A program made the translations under genes and the position numbers. This document shows positions 62,795-64,000 of a stretch of DNA of 64,000 bases, one piece after another. Source of the DNA: Takakia lepidozioides. Its lineage: Eukaryota > Plantae > Bryophyta. Position 1 is the first letter of the stretch. Every line of letters starts with the position of its first letter. Below the pieces are notes generated by a model. That model saw nothing but the letters and a program-made list of their open reading frames with translations. It made no database searches and was not told the DNA's origin. The stretch is from positions 68,944,001-69,008,000 of the forward strand of contig CM060732.1 in assembly GCA_030704615.1 (NCBI GenBank), read 5' to 3'.

Positions 62795-62945
62795 ACCCTA
62801 GTAGGCTGTGTTGAGCTGTGACAGGCTGTGTCATACTGTGGTACGCTGTGATAGGGCTTGTGGTGATGGCTTGGCTGTGATGGGCTGTGATAGGCTGTGA
62901 TAGGCTGTGTCGCGCCGTGCTGGGCTGTGATAGGCTGTGTGTACT
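62795..62945. repeat. GGCTGTGA-type short tandem array downstream of integrase
   Basis: Repeated GGCTGTGATA/GGCTGTG units, the same motif family as in the LTR array. Confidence 0.8.
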
Positions 62946-63000
62946 GCCCGCCTGGTCATATACGCTCGGCCTAGCGACAAGTGCTCCATACTCCGTTGTA

Positions 63001-64000
63001 TCACTGGCGCAGCCCGTGACTGCTTTGCGTTTCAACATGCAAATCATGCTGCAATGGTTTGTCATGGATACCACTGTACCCCTTCAACTTATTGGCATTG
63101 ACTCTTCCCAGCATCTCTTTGTTAATGGTTTGTAACATGGCGGTGTTGTTATCATACATCTTCTGTATGACATAAGGTCCTTTCCATGGTGATTTAAGCT
63201 TAGAAGCTTTAATCTTTCCCTTCTTCTGCAACCAGAGAACCAAATCTCCCGTCTTAAAAGTCTTTAACTTGCCTTCATCAAACTGTTCCTTTCTCTTCAT
63301 CTGAATTCTGGTCATATTATCAGCTGCATCAGCACGTACTTCTTCCACATGGTATAATTCATGTTTCCTGACCTTAATTGAATCTTGCAATTCCATTCTC
63401 TTTCCCCATTCCGTTCTCATGGTAGGTAACAGGAATTCCACTGGAAGTAAAGCTTCCATACCATAAACTAATTGGAATGGTGTATACTTAGTGGTGACTT
63501 TATATGAAGTCCTGTATGACCACAAAGCTGTCAGCAGCTTTGTATCCCAATCCGTTCTGTTTGCATTGACTATCTTAGCCAAGATAGTACATAGTATTTT
63601 GTTGGTAGCCTCTGCCTGCCCATTACCCTGGGTAATATGTTGTACTCTTCCTATGCACAATCATGAACTCTTTAGTCAATAATTCAATGGTCTCATTAAT
63701 GAAGTGACTTCCCTGATCACTGATAAATTCCAAGGGACAGCCAAATCGTGTAAGTATGTTCTCATACAGGAACCTTGCTGTGGACTTGGCTGTGTTGTCC
63801 CTCAAAGCTTTAGCTTCCACCCACTTCGTAGTATAATCAGTGGCTGTAATTATGTACCTGTTCTGTGTATTCTTGGCTGGTGGGTTAATTGGTCCAACAA
63901 AGTCTAGTCCCCATTTCTGAAATGGTTCCGTAGGCATTGTAGGATGCAAAGCCATCTTCCCAGATCTCTGCAAAGGTCCTAGCCTCTGACATTCATCACA
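63001..64000 (-). pseudogene. Gypsy integrase (one frameshift near 63630)
   Basis: PFQKWGLDFVGPINP...ATDYTTKWVEA...ISDQGSHF...YYP[fs]QGNGQAEATNK...TPFQLVYG...WKGPY. Confidence 0.95.

Larger units (their letters stand above)
57572..64000 (-). mobile_element. Ty3/Gypsy (non-chromovirus, Athila/Tat-like) element, 3' half
   Basis: Integrase at 63001-63973, extra ORF, PPT GAGAGGGGAAAGGGG (58558-58572), and a 3' LTR starting TGTTAG at 58554 and probably ending TAACA at 57572. Confidence 0.88.

Overview
Eukaryotic nuclear DNA from a non-seed land plant, most likely a bryophyte. This rests on short GT-AG introns, PLS-class PPR genes, a Replitron, and bryophyte-type hAT and Gypsy proteins; the species cannot be determined from the sequence. 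There are four apparently intact host genes: nucleolin (16493-22334 +), PDAP1/HASPP28 (24701-28109 -), a MiAMP1-type antimicrobial peptide (30219-30533 -) and an F-box-associated kelch-like ORF (45321-46355 -). These sit among decayed and nested transposons: a Replitron HUH remnant, a hAT remnant, a 7.5-kb Pack-MULE (perfect 9-bp TSD) carrying two PLS-PPR editing-factor pseudogenes, tRNA-derived SINEs, and a full-length defective Copia. There is also a Gypsy cut by a small insertion and by a CACTA end. The sequence after that CACTA end holds PPR, OSB-PDF, citrate synthase and TPM gene fragments, followed by a second Gypsy with a large extra 3' ORF. The strongest leads are (1) an snR30/U17-like H/ACA hairpin in the nucleolin 5'-UTR intron, (2) transposon capture and shuffling of PPR editing-factor genes, including a PPR-PDF (ssDNA-binding motif) chimera, and (3) a tRNAiMet-3'-end mimic in the Copia LTR next to a half-tRNA PBS. 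Family assignments come from motif recognition by eye, not database searches.
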